From Nitrospira sp. (GTDB lineage Bacteria > Nitrospirota > Nitrospiria > Nitrospirales > Nitrospiraceae), in the NCBI GenBank assembly GCA_024998685.1, contig JACOEH010000010.1:47789-111788 (forward strand): a stretch of DNA of 64,000 bases, given 5' to 3'. Below the pieces are notes generated by a model. It was given only the letters and a program-made list of their open reading frames with translations. It made no database searches and was not told the DNA's origin. Positions 1 to 7,938 of this stretch are shown piece by piece. The position numbers and the translations under genes are program-made. The stretch's first letter is position 1, and each line of letters begins with the position of its first letter.

Positions 1-1
1 C

Positions 2-424
2 CGTCAGCAGATCGAACGGCTCCGACCGGTGCCGGCCTCCCAGATGCCTCGCTACGTCGGTCGGCGCATCATCATGGTCGGTGTGCTGATCACGGAAAAG
101 GCCGCTGAGACCAAGCATGGCCAAACCATGGAATTCATCACCCTGGAAGACATGACAGCCCTTTACGATGCCACGCTGTTCCCTGACGTATATCGCCGCT
201 GCTGCCATTTGCTCTCACCCAATCGACCGTACGTGGTCCGGGGGTTGGTAGAAGAAACATTTGGTGTCGTCACCCTGACTGTAGTGGATCTGCAGCTGCT
301 GGAATCGACGGGCGAGGGAAATCACCCGCTCCCTTCTTGGAAGGACCGGTGTAAGGACCGGTGTATGGTTAAACCATGCGACGACTCGTCCAATCCGCCG
401 CCCGATTCATTCCGGTTAAACTGA
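2..424 (+). CDS. dnaE2: C-terminal OB-fold end of a DNA polymerase III alpha subunit, DnaE2-like (5' truncated by window)
   Basis: Frame is open from base 2. GVLITEKAAETKHGQTMEFITLED..TLFPDVY..RPYVVRGLVEE matches the DnaE OB-fold. The protein ends right after it with no tau-binding tail, as in DnaE2. Confidence 0.7.
   Translation, partial: RQQIERLRPVPASQMPRYVGRRIIMVGVLITEKAAETKHGQTMEFITLEDMTALYDATLFPDVYRRCCHLLSPNRPYVVRGLVEETFGVVTLTVVDLQLLESTGEGNHPLPSWKDRCKDRCMVKPCDDSSNPPPDSFRLN
341..364 (+). repeat. Exact 12-bp tandem duplication (aaggaccggtgt x2) in the dnaE2 tail
   Basis: 341-352 and 353-364 are identical; in frame, giving KDRC-KDRC. Confidence 0.9.
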
Positions 425-1017
425 CCATTCCACGTCTGCAACAGGCCGCCTCAGCCTGTACCGGATGCGATCTGTACCAACGAGCCACGCAAACAGTGTT
501 TGGAGAAGGCTCAACCCATGCGACGATCATGTTCGTCGGCGAGCAGCCTGGCGACCAGGAGGACCGGGCCGGACATCCCTTTGTCGGACCAGCCGGTAAA
601 ATCTTGGACAAGGCTTTGGCTGAAGCGGGAATTGAGCGGGAGAGCGTGTATGTCACGAATGTCGTGAAACATTTCAAATGGGAGCCACAGGGCAAGCGCC
701 GTAAGCACAAGAAACCGTCGGCCTCCGAAATCACCGCCTGTCGTCCATGGCTTGAAGCGGAAGAGCAAGCGGTCAAACCACAAGTGATCGCATATCTCGG
801 TGTGACGGCAGCCCAGTCGGCCTTTAAAAAAACTATTCGTTTGAATGACCTGCGAGGACGGCCTTGGAGCACGCCTATCGCTTCGAACGTCTTTATGACC
901 GTCCACCCATCGGCAATTCTTCGACATCCGGAAGCAGCACAGCGTGCAGAGGAATATCACCGCTTCGTCGAGGATCTGAAACGAATCAAGCAATTTCTCC
1001 AGGCACAGGCGGCCTAG
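376..1017 (+). CDS. udgX: UdgX-type uracil-DNA binding protein (UDG family 4-like, 4Fe-4S)
   Basis: CxxC (CTGC), GEQPG motif A, VKHFK, R-loop KRRKH (cf. KRRIH), ACRPWL, HPS motif B. Confidence 0.85.
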   Translation: MRRLVQSAARFIPVKLTIPRLQQAASACTGCDLYQRATQTVFGEGSTHATIMFVGEQPGDQEDRAGHPFVGPAGKILDKALAEAGIERESVYVTNVVKHFKWEPQGKRRKHKKPSASEITACRPWLEAEEQAVKPQVIAYLGVTAAQSAFKKTIRLNDLRGRPWSTPIASNVFMTVHPSAILRHPEAAQRAEEYHRFVEDLKRIKQFLQAQAA

Positions 1018-1034
1018 CCCACATTATTCATGGA

Positions 1035-1220
1035 CACTTCTTCATCCTTACATCCAAACGTCAGGTTTTTGTGACACCGTTGGAGCTGTTACTTGACCAT
1101 CTAAAAGTACAGCGAGCCATCCTGACTGGTGTCGCAGGTGACAACTGCATCCTTTCACTTTCATGAAAAGCTGGAATACAATTCCCTGAAACGACTCCCG
1201 ATTGCCTGTACGGCTTTGAC
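1035..1220 (+). pseudogene. Remnant of an isochorismatase/cysteine hydrolase gene (internal fragment)
   Basis: FFILTSKRQVFVTPLELLLDHLKVQRAILTGVAGDNCIL resembles the family segment ending in the catalytic Cys. No start or N-terminus; TGA at 1164-1166. Confidence 0.6.
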
Positions 1221-1293
1221 AAGCACGATGATCCTTGGGTTTAATGAGGGTTGATCGAAGGGAACCGGGCGATTCGGCGATCGAAGCGGAAGC

Positions 1294-1995
1294 GTGTCAA
1301 TGTTCGTACGTACCGTAAGGATACTCGCGTGGGTTTGGCTCATTGCAGCCTGTTCTCTGATCCTGATCGGTCATGCGTCGACGTGGTATCGAGGAGGATC
1401 CGCCGCCCTTGGGGAACTGTTTGGTCCGCATATTATTACAAACAGTATCGCCATAGGCTTGGCTCTCGCTCCGGCCTTCTTTCTTTCCAGGTTAGCGAGA
1501 GGGCTTCAAGAGAAGAGCCGAGGCAAGATTCTTCTTTCAGTAGCGGCGCTTGTTGTCAGTGTGGCTGCCGTTGCACTTGTAGTCTTGCTGCCCCTAACGC
1601 TAGAAGGGAACAAGCCACAACATGCCGGGGAGGACGTCAAGGCGAGGGAATACCAAGCTCAGTCGATCCGCGTGAAAGATCGGAGCGCTGCTATGTATCA
1701 GTACAAGGATCATTCACTGACCGGCCCGGTGGGAAACGAGGAGATACCGGAATCGATTCAGATTGGCGACGTGATTACGGTCAATGGACAGACGATTCGA
1801 GCCCAACACATTCTCGTCAAAGAAATTCTGTCTGACATTCACTATGGCGGCCAAGTCCTCGGCAAGACGGGGGATACTCAGTGTGTCATTACAGAGTCGC
1901 CGGAGAACTTCCCATCCACTGATAAAAGCGCCGCGCGTGACCGTCTATGGATTATGGTGGAGAAGTGCGACCCAATCGCCGTTGCAACCCACTAG
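1294..1995 (+). CDS. Hypothetical membrane protein (about 3 N-terminal TM helices plus a soluble domain)
   Basis: 233-aa ORF with clear hydrophobic segments; no family recognised. Confidence 0.6.
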   Translation: MSMFVRTVRILAWVWLIAACSLILIGHASTWYRGGSAALGELFGPHIITNSIAIGLALAPAFFLSRLARGLQEKSRGKILLSVAALVVSVAAVALVVLLPLTLEGNKPQHAGEDVKAREYQAQSIRVKDRSAAMYQYKDHSLTGPVGNEEIPESIQIGDVITVNGQTIRAQHILVKEILSDIHYGGQVLGKTGDTQCVITESPENFPSTDKSAARDRLWIMVEKCDPIAVATH

Positions 1996-2106
1996 GATGT
2001 CCCACACCTCGGTGTTCAACCGCTTGAACGAACGGAAATCGGTCGAAAAAACAACGGAACCGCATGCCACGGTTTACCTCCGCTTCTTCTTGCATGAAAC
2101 TGCTCA

Positions 2107-2270
2107 CCTCGTCATTGGGAAATCTTCAGCCACCTCTGCCGAACCGGCGGTATCAAAGGCAATCTTGTCCCCGATGCGTTTCTGCGGCTTTAGCAATTGA
2201 AAGTGGGAGTGAATGGATCTCGACGGATCGTGATTACCATCGATTCCCAGGCCTGCGTGTGCGCCATCCT
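2107..2270 (+). pseudogene. vapC: Frameshifted 3' fragment of a VapC-type PIN ribonuclease toxin
   Basis: PRHWEIFSHLCRTGGIKGNLVPDAFL in one frame continues as AALAIESGSEWISTDRDYHRFPGLRVRHP after a 1-nt shift at about 2184. N-terminus and antitoxin are absent. Confidence 0.8.
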
Positions 2271-2808
2271 GGGGAACAACGCTTCCAGCCCATACTCAAG
2301 GCGACTAAAAACAATCATTACTCAGTGCATGTTTCAGGTGTGGGCAATGCGCCTATGGTCCCGCAACAGAAATACAAAGGGCAAGACTTGATCCTATTTC
2401 ACGATTTCATTGTGAACGGGGCAAAGCCTCAAGCGACGTCTTCCTCGCTATGGTCGTGTGACTGCAGCACATCCCGTTGTCCTCGTCAGTGATATCAGTT
2501 CTCGGCTGAGCCGCGACAGACCAAGTCAAGAGTCATGCCTGAACTATCTCCGGTTGTTCAGACCAGCCTAATCAAAGGTATCTGCCCCTAAAATCTGTTC
2601 TGAGACAATAACTCCTACTTAGCATCAAAAAGTGGACCCACCACGCGTAGGCCATCCTGGGCTCTGTACAATTCCAAAAACAGCCCCCTTTCGGTTGTGG
2701 ACTTAGGCTTCGATGCAGGAGCTGCTTGGCACTTACTGAGGCGAACGCTAAATAGTGCGTACCTTAATTTCTTGAAAAGCGCATAAACAGCCGCTTTTCG
2801 GGATGTTC

Positions 2809-3483
2809 TTACTGACAAATTGCGCACTCTTTCATGGTCGGATCAGTAATAGCTTGAGTGGACCGATAATTGTTGTTAACGACCGGGGCAATCCTCCCTG
2901 ATGGTGACAGCACATATAGATACCAATGCTCAAAAAGTAGACCACTTGTACGGCAGACTTCAGGATGAAAGTATATTGGTGGCAATATAAGATACAGCTT
3001 GCCAGAAACAAAACCCTCCTCGATACCTATTTTCTGGAGAGATTCACTGAACTCACCCAAATAGTGGCGCGCGAGCTCAATAAAAGCCACATCGTCTTCT
3101 TTTTTTTGTCGAGATGACCCAAAAACTAGCCTGGCCGCCTCATTAGCATAGACACCTTTGTAATCTTTTAGATCAGTATCTCCCTCTTGAGTTGCCGGCA
3201 AAACATAGATTTCAGATACCCTAGTGGCTGAGGCCCTCAAAAGAATTGGTTGCAGCGCCGCTGTGGAGAAAGCGGAGCCTGTGAGGGAAGAGGCAAAGTA
3301 CTCACTGGACATCGGACCTAACTGTTTCGGTGCGAGGGCCCCCGTTGGAGGCGGTTCAGTCGCAGTAGAGATTGTTAAACAACAAAACCAGATTGTAATG
3401 CTTATACCTGAGACGAGCTGAACGACACGTCTTGAAATGGTGCAGTCATTCCATATTTGTTTCATGGGACCTCCCATTGTCAA
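2809..3483 (-). CDS. Hypothetical exported protein, low GC
   Basis: 224-aa ORF with a signal-peptide-like N-terminus; sampled 60-nt lines are about 43-47% GC. It may continue by frameshift into ORF 2615-2827. Confidence 0.55.
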   Translation of the reverse strand: MTMGGPMKQIWNDCTISRRVVQLVSGISITIWFCCLTISTATEPPPTGALAPKQLGPMSSEYFASSLTGSAFSTAALQPILLRASATRVSEIYVLPATQEGDTDLKDYKGVYANEAARLVFGSSRQKKEDDVAFIELARHYLGEFSESLQKIGIEEGFVSGKLYLILPPIYFHPEVCRTSGLLFEHWYLYVLSPSGRIAPVVNNNYRSTQAITDPTMKECAICQ

Positions 3484-3917
3484 CCTGACTTATCTTAAGG
3501 TTGATTTTTCAAGAAGAGCAAGCTCGCGTGAGGCATACAGTACCAAAAGTTGAGGAACGCTGGGAACCTTTAAAGTCTAACTCCGGCTAATAAACTACTG
3601 CTGAGAATTTCACATACAAGTAGTGTCCTTCTAGGGCTAACCATAAGTCTTTTTAGTTGAAGAGGAGAAGGTAAACGGGTCGGATTGAGCAAGCCCAACC
3701 GATCCGGCGCTCGAACTCCAATGGACTCAGATAGCTAAACTACCAACGAGGGACAGCTGGGGTCGGATCTTGTATTGTGCATCGCGAGACCAGTTTGATT
3801 CTCGACGGAACCAAACAACCCCAAATGGAATGGTCCCCTGCGGGCAGCTGACGATCTATGGGTCCCGCATGCGTATCGACTTATTTTTTACTGCGCGCGG
3901 TTGATCCCAATGATTGC

Positions 3918-3946
3918 TTGATTTTCTGCCTACCGAGGCTTAGCCT
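3918..3946 (+). promoter_or_regulatory. Putative sigma70 promoter of hicBA with an operator-like palindrome
   Basis: TTGATT (3918-3923), 17 bp, TAGCCT (3941-3946); imperfect palindrome ccgAGGCTtAGCCTacgg overlaps the -10. Confidence 0.45.
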
Positions 3947-3976
3947 ACGGCCAGTCCAACTTATCAGAGGATGCCT

Positions 3977-4198
3977 ATGGCGAAAGTCACACAACTCAAG
4001 ATCGAGCTAGAACAGGAGGAAGATGGCCAGTGGATTGGCGAGATACCGGCGTTGCCAAGCGTGATGGCCTCTGGACAGACGAAGGCCACAGCCCTTGCAG
4101 CAGTCCAGGCCCTCGCGCTCCGTACAATAGCCGATCGCCTCGAACACCAGGAAACTGTGCCTGAGGAACTGCTGAACCTCTCCTTTATTGCCTCTTGA
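3977..4198 (+). CDS. hicB: HicB-family antitoxin
   Basis: IELEQEEDGQWIGEIPALPSVMASGQT..ALAAVQALALRTIADRLEH. SD agagg favours ATG 3977 over 3971. Confidence 0.85.
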   Translation: MAKVTQLKIELEQEEDGQWIGEIPALPSVMASGQTKATALAAVQALALRTIADRLEHQETVPEELLNLSFIAS

Positions 4199-4395
4199 TC
4201 CAGTGGCCTTCGACCCAGGCCTCACGCGTACCCTCCGCGCTTCTCCACATCGGCTGGCAAATCAAACGCACAACCGGCTCTCATCGGATGCTCCAGTGAA
4301 GCGGTTGGTCCGATGTCGTCTTCGCCTTTCACGACCTCGAGGAAATTGGTCCACGCACGCTGGCTCGCCTATCATGCAAGAGGGGTTGTCTTTAA
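4195..4395 (+). pseudogene. hicA: HicA-family mRNA interferase toxin with a premature stop
   Basis: TTG 4195 overlaps the hicB stop. Reads QWPSTQASRVPSALLHIGWQIKRTTGSHRMLQ*SGWSDVVFAFHDLEEIGPRTLARL; in-frame TGA at 4297-4299; degenerate C-terminus. Confidence 0.85.
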
Positions 4396-4448
4396 AGGGA
4401 AAGAATCCAAGGTTTTCACACGCCGATTTGGGTATTGCCAAGTCAGTC

Positions 4449-4457
4449 TGCTATACT
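4449..4457 (+). promoter_or_regulatory. Extended -10 promoter for the DUF433-DUF5615 operon
   Basis: TGcTATACT about 25 nt upstream of ATG 4482. Confidence 0.5.
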
Positions 4458-4481
4458 CGTCCCACCAGGCGCAGACAACCC

Positions 4482-4733
4482 ATGGCGACACATCGCATTG
4501 AGATGAATCCCAAAGTGATGATGGGAAAACCCGTCATCCGTGGCACGCGCATTCCCGTTGAGTTGATTCTCCGAAAGCTCGGAGAAGGTGCGACCGAGGC
4601 TGATCTACTTGATGCCTATCCCCGCCTGACCAAAGCCGATATTCAAGCCGCCATTGGCTATGCAGCAGACACTGTAGCCCATGAGGAGACGGTGTTGATT
4701 GGGACTTCCCCCCGCAAGCGTACCAAGCGATAA
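4482..4733 (+). CDS. DUF433-family antitoxin
   Basis: RIEMNPKVMMGKPVIRGTRIPVELIL..LLDAYPRLTKADIQAAIGYA; start at ATG 4482. Confidence 0.92.
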   Translation: MATHRIEMNPKVMMGKPVIRGTRIPVELILRKLGEGATEADLLDAYPRLTKADIQAAIGYAADTVAHEETVLIGTSPRKRTKR

Positions 4734-4736
4734 TCT

Positions 4737-5093
4737 GTGCGGTTCCTTGCCGACGAAAGTTGCGACTTCTCTGTGGTGCGAGCGCTTCGTGGCGCAGGCC
4801 ATGACGTGCTTGCGATCGCAGAGCTTGCATCTGGGTCGGATGATGCCATTGTGATGGACATGGCCTACCACGAGAAGCGGGTTCTTCTGACGGAGGATAA
4901 GGATTTTGGTCAGCTGGTGTATGCCCATTCCCAACAATCCAGCGGGGTGATTTTTATACGGTACCCTGCCAATGCTCGCAAGACGCTTCGCAACGCCGTG
5001 GCGGCTCTCGTATCGGAACTTGCGAGTGATCTGATCGGCAGCTTCGTTGTGATAAGCCCTGGTCGGGTTCGGATAGGCGGGCGACTCTCATAA
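4737..5093 (+). CDS. DUF5615-family PIN-like toxin
   Basis: MRFLADESCD..GHDV..LLTEDKDFGQL; directly follows DUF433, the usual pairing. Confidence 0.9.
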   Translation: MRFLADESCDFSVVRALRGAGHDVLAIAELASGSDDAIVMDMAYHEKRVLLTEDKDFGQLVYAHSQQSSGVIFIRYPANARKTLRNAVAALVSELASDLIGSFVVISPGRVRIGGRLS

Positions 5094-5230
5094 AGATATG
5101 GAGGCAGCGGCGCGACCGTCCACTGAAGGACTCACATGGAGGCAAGTTTTTTGTCACACCGATGGCAGATGAACCAGATCGGAGGGACGAGTGCACCGTC
5201 AACCTCTGCTAATTGAATACCTTATGCATT

Positions 5231-5974
5231 TTAGATCCCGACTGCCATGCGGACTGGATGGATGGTTTCCTGAATACCGTACGGCCCTTTCAAGTCCACC
5301 TGTTCAGAATCGACATACGTCCCGAACAACCGGTCCCACACAGTAAACAGCACCCCGAAATTCGCCCCCGCCTTCGCAATCCTTCTCAGATGATGTACAC
5401 GATGATAGCGAGGCGTGACGAAGAGTCACTCCAGTTTTCTCGATTGCCAGGTCACGTTCATGTGCATCCAGTTATTGGTTAGGACCAACATATAGGAATA
5501 GAGCGGAAAGAACAGTGAGGGCACCGGTTTGAGCAGCGGAAAGGCCAACAGATAAAGGGACATTAGAGAGGACGATTTGTGGAAAACTCGCCCGGACACC
5601 GGCCAGCCAGTACAGCTTCGTCGGCGCATGGTGCCATCGATGGATCGGCCAGCCCCACGACGTATGCCAAAGTCGATGCATCCAATAGGCGATTCCATCG
5701 AGGACCAACAGGAACACCACCAGTTTGAAACCGAAGGAAATGCCTGCCAACGCCAGTAGGAGTAGTGAGGAAAGGGGATCCGATCCGTCAGTTGTGCGGC
5801 AAAGACGAAGAAGACCTGGTACGTGGTAAGGGCTGCCACATCCGGCAGGAGCACCTGAAGATAAGAGACCGGACGTGCAGGCCACCAATACTCTGCTGCG
5901 AAAAAGATCAGGCCGATTCCCCAATAGATGGCGATCCCTTCCGACGCAAATGCATTAGCAAGCGATTCGAGCAT
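5231..5974 (-). pseudogene. Sterol desaturase/fatty acid hydroxylase family gene with two frameshifts and one nonsense codon
   Basis: His boxes HRLWH, HRWHH, NNWMH and YHRVHH plus NFGVLFTVWDRLFGT reconstruct across shifts at about 5735 and 5555 and a TGA at 5426-5428; natural stop at 5231-5233. Confidence 0.85.
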
Positions 5975-6122
5975 TGCTATAACCTAGGATAGGAACCTTA
6001 GAGCAAATTCAAAAATGCGAGACAAGAGAATCGCCTACCTTGAAGGCGCCGGTCAAGTCAGCACCGTACTGCGGCTCTTGTCCGTTGATGAGAAACTGAT
6101 GTGCGATGATCGTGAGCTTCCG

Positions 6123-6150
6123 TGACTAACTGTCAGAATGTTAGTCAGAA
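6123..6150. repeat. Nested inverted/direct repeat just downstream of the ychF stop
   Basis: tgactaac (6123-6130) and gttagtca (6140-6147) are an inverted pair; gtcagaa is directly repeated at 6132-6138 and 6144-6150. Confidence 0.6.
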
Positions 6151-6165
6151 GAATTATGCGGGAGG

Positions 6166-7257
6166 CTACACGTTGAATCTAAAGTACACAATATCCGCTT
6201 CTTTGATGATGTAGTCCTTACCTTCCAGGCGGAACAATCCCTTCTCCTTCACCTTGGCTTCCGAACCACAGGCTAGCAGATCATTGTAGTGGTAAACCTC
6301 AGCACGGATAAAACCTCGCTCCATGTCGGAGTGGATCTTGCCCGCTGCTTGCGGCGCCTTGGTACCCTTCGGAATCGGCCAGGCGCGAGATTCGATCTCG
6401 CCCGCGGTGAAGAAAGTAATCAGGTCCAGCAAGATATAGGCTTCTCGCGTCAATCGGACAAGTCCCGATTCAGTCAGCCCCATCTCGTTCAGAAAGTCCG
6501 CCCGTTCGCTCTCCGGCAATGACGACAGCTCGGCTTCCAGCTGTCCACAGATGGTTACGACCCGAGCCCCCCGCTTCGCAGCAAACTCGCGCACTGTCTG
6601 CACCATGGCCTCGTCCGCATTCTTCTCTTCGGACACGTTTGCGACAAATAGAACCGGTTTGGCGGAAAGCAATTGACATTCGTTGAGAATCACACCTTCT
6701 TCCGTTGTATATTCCCGATTGCCCAACCATTCGCCTTTATCGAGCAAGCCGATGAGTTTGGCGAGAAACTCCACTTCAAACACAGCTTTTTTATCGCCGG
6801 CCCGGACTTTCTTTTCCGTCTTCTGTTTCCTCCGATCGAGAGTCTCCAGATCGGACAGCATGAGTTCGGTTTCGATCACGCCGATGTCACGAAGCGGATC
6901 GATCCCGCCGTTGACATGAACCACATCGGTGCCCTGAAAACAGCGGACCACATGAAGAAGGGCATCCACTTCCCGGATGTGGCCAAGAAATTGATTGCCG
7001 AGGCCCTCGCCTTTGCTGGCCCCTTCGACGAGCCCGGCGATGTCTCGTACCTCCAACGTGCTATAGGTAGTTTTCTTCGAGACGAAGATTTCTGTCAGTT
7101 TGATGAGGCGGGGGTCCGGCACCAGGGCGATACCGGTGTTCGGATCGACGGTCGCAAACGGATAATTAGCCGCCAGGGCGCCGCCGCCGGTCAGCGCATT
7201 GAAGACCGTCGTTTTGCCGACGTTCGGGAGACCGATCATGCCGCAACAGAGCCCCAT
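6166..7257 (-). CDS. ychF: Redox-regulated ATPase YchF
   Basis: GLPNVGKTT, ANYPFAT, DIAGLVEGASKGEGLGNQFL, HSDMERGFIRAE; start MGLCC at 7257 gives 363 aa. Confidence 0.98.
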   Translation of the reverse strand: MGLCCGMIGLPNVGKTTVFNALTGGGALAANYPFATVDPNTGIALVPDPRLIKLTEIFVSKKTTYSTLEVRDIAGLVEGASKGEGLGNQFLGHIREVDALLHVVRCFQGTDVVHVNGGIDPLRDIGVIETELMLSDLETLDRRKQKTEKKVRAGDKKAVFEVEFLAKLIGLLDKGEWLGNREYTTEEGVILNECQLLSAKPVLFVANVSEEKNADEAMVQTVREFAAKRGARVVTICGQLEAELSSLPESERADFLNEMGLTESGLVRLTREAYILLDLITFFTAGEIESRAWPIPKGTKAPQAAGKIHSDMERGFIRAEVYHYNDLLACGSEAKVKEKGLFRLEGKDYIIKEADIVYFRFNV

Positions 7258-7283
7258 GAATCTCCTGCAGTGTTGAGAGTAAA

Positions 7284-7357
7284 GTGCTGGGTGCTGGGTG
7301 CTGGGTGCTGGGTTGAGGATCGGAGCGGTCTTACTCAGCACTCAGGACTCAGCACTA
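7284..7357 (-). repeat. Paired 7-bp repeat element between pth and ychF
   Basis: GTGCTGG x4 (7284-7311) and ACTCAGC-type x3 (7333-7353), mutually complementary with G-U pairs. Confidence 0.85.
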
Positions 7358-7936
7358 TTCTTCGGTTGTTTCTCGCTCTCTGACATTAAATTGATTCATT
7401 GCCGCTTCCGGTCCTTGATGAATCAAACATTCCACGGCATCCACTGCCCGCTCTAGGCAGGGCTCAAAGACCGACATCTCATTCTCCGTCACCGGTTCCA
7501 AGACATAGTCGGCGGAATCTTGGCCTGGAGCAGGACGGCCGATCCCGATCTTCAATCTCACGAATTGCGGAGTTCCGAGCGCTTCGATGACAGATTTGAT
7601 CCCGTTGTGTCCTCCATGGCCACCGGCAAGCCTGATCCGCAGCCGGCCAGGCTCTAAATCCAGATCATCGTGCACGATGATGAGTTCGTTGGCGGTGAGA
7701 TCGAATTCTCGCAGGAGGCCTTTCAGCGGAGGTCCGGAAATGTTCATCCAGTCAAGTAGGCCGGCTAGTTCGACCAATTCTCCCCCCAGCCGCCCGGAAC
7801 CTCGTTGAGCTGTGCCGCGTGGTGAGAGTCGAATCGACCATCGAGCGGCCGCCCGCTCAATGACCCACATGCCGACATTGTGACGGGTCTTGGCGTAGGC
7901 TTTTCCGGGGTTGCCCAGTCCAACGAGCAGATGCAA
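7355..7936 (-). CDS. pth: Peptidyl-tRNA hydrolase
   Basis: VGLGNPG, TRHNVG, HDDLDL, GGHGGHNGIKS; TTG start. Confidence 0.98.
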   Translation of the reverse strand: MHLLVGLGNPGKAYAKTRHNVGMWVIERAAARWSIRLSPRGTAQRGSGRLGGELVELAGLLDWMNISGPPLKGLLREFDLTANELIIVHDDLDLEPGRLRIRLAGGHGGHNGIKSVIEALGTPQFVRLKIGIGRPAPGQDSADYVLEPVTENEMSVFEPCLERAVDAVECLIHQGPEAAMNQFNVRERETTEE

Positions 7937-7938
7937 CG

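Noticed and set aside
1097-1112. catctaaaagtacag resembles the ychF 3' end (possible att duplication)
   Set aside because: Only about 12 bp with an indel, and inside the isochorismatase remnant; likely chance.
2064-2112. HETAH (HExxH) metallopeptidase-like motif in ORF 1784-2200
   Set aside because: It lies at the junction with the vapC remnant in another frame, with no further support.
3759-3782. ggggtcggatcttgtattgtgcat, reminiscent of REP-like sequences near HUH transposases
   Set aside because: No partner inverted copy or transposase in the window.
4188-4481. 98-aa extension on DUF433
   Set aside because: An off-frame reading of the hicA pseudogene; DUF433 starts at 4482 behind its own promoter.
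6166-7341. N-terminal extension of YchF (PAPSTQHPALYSQH)
   Set aside because: It is the translation of the heptamer repeat; the real start is 7257.
7284-7353. CRISPR-like array
   Set aside because: 7-bp tandem units without spacers; no cas genes in the window.
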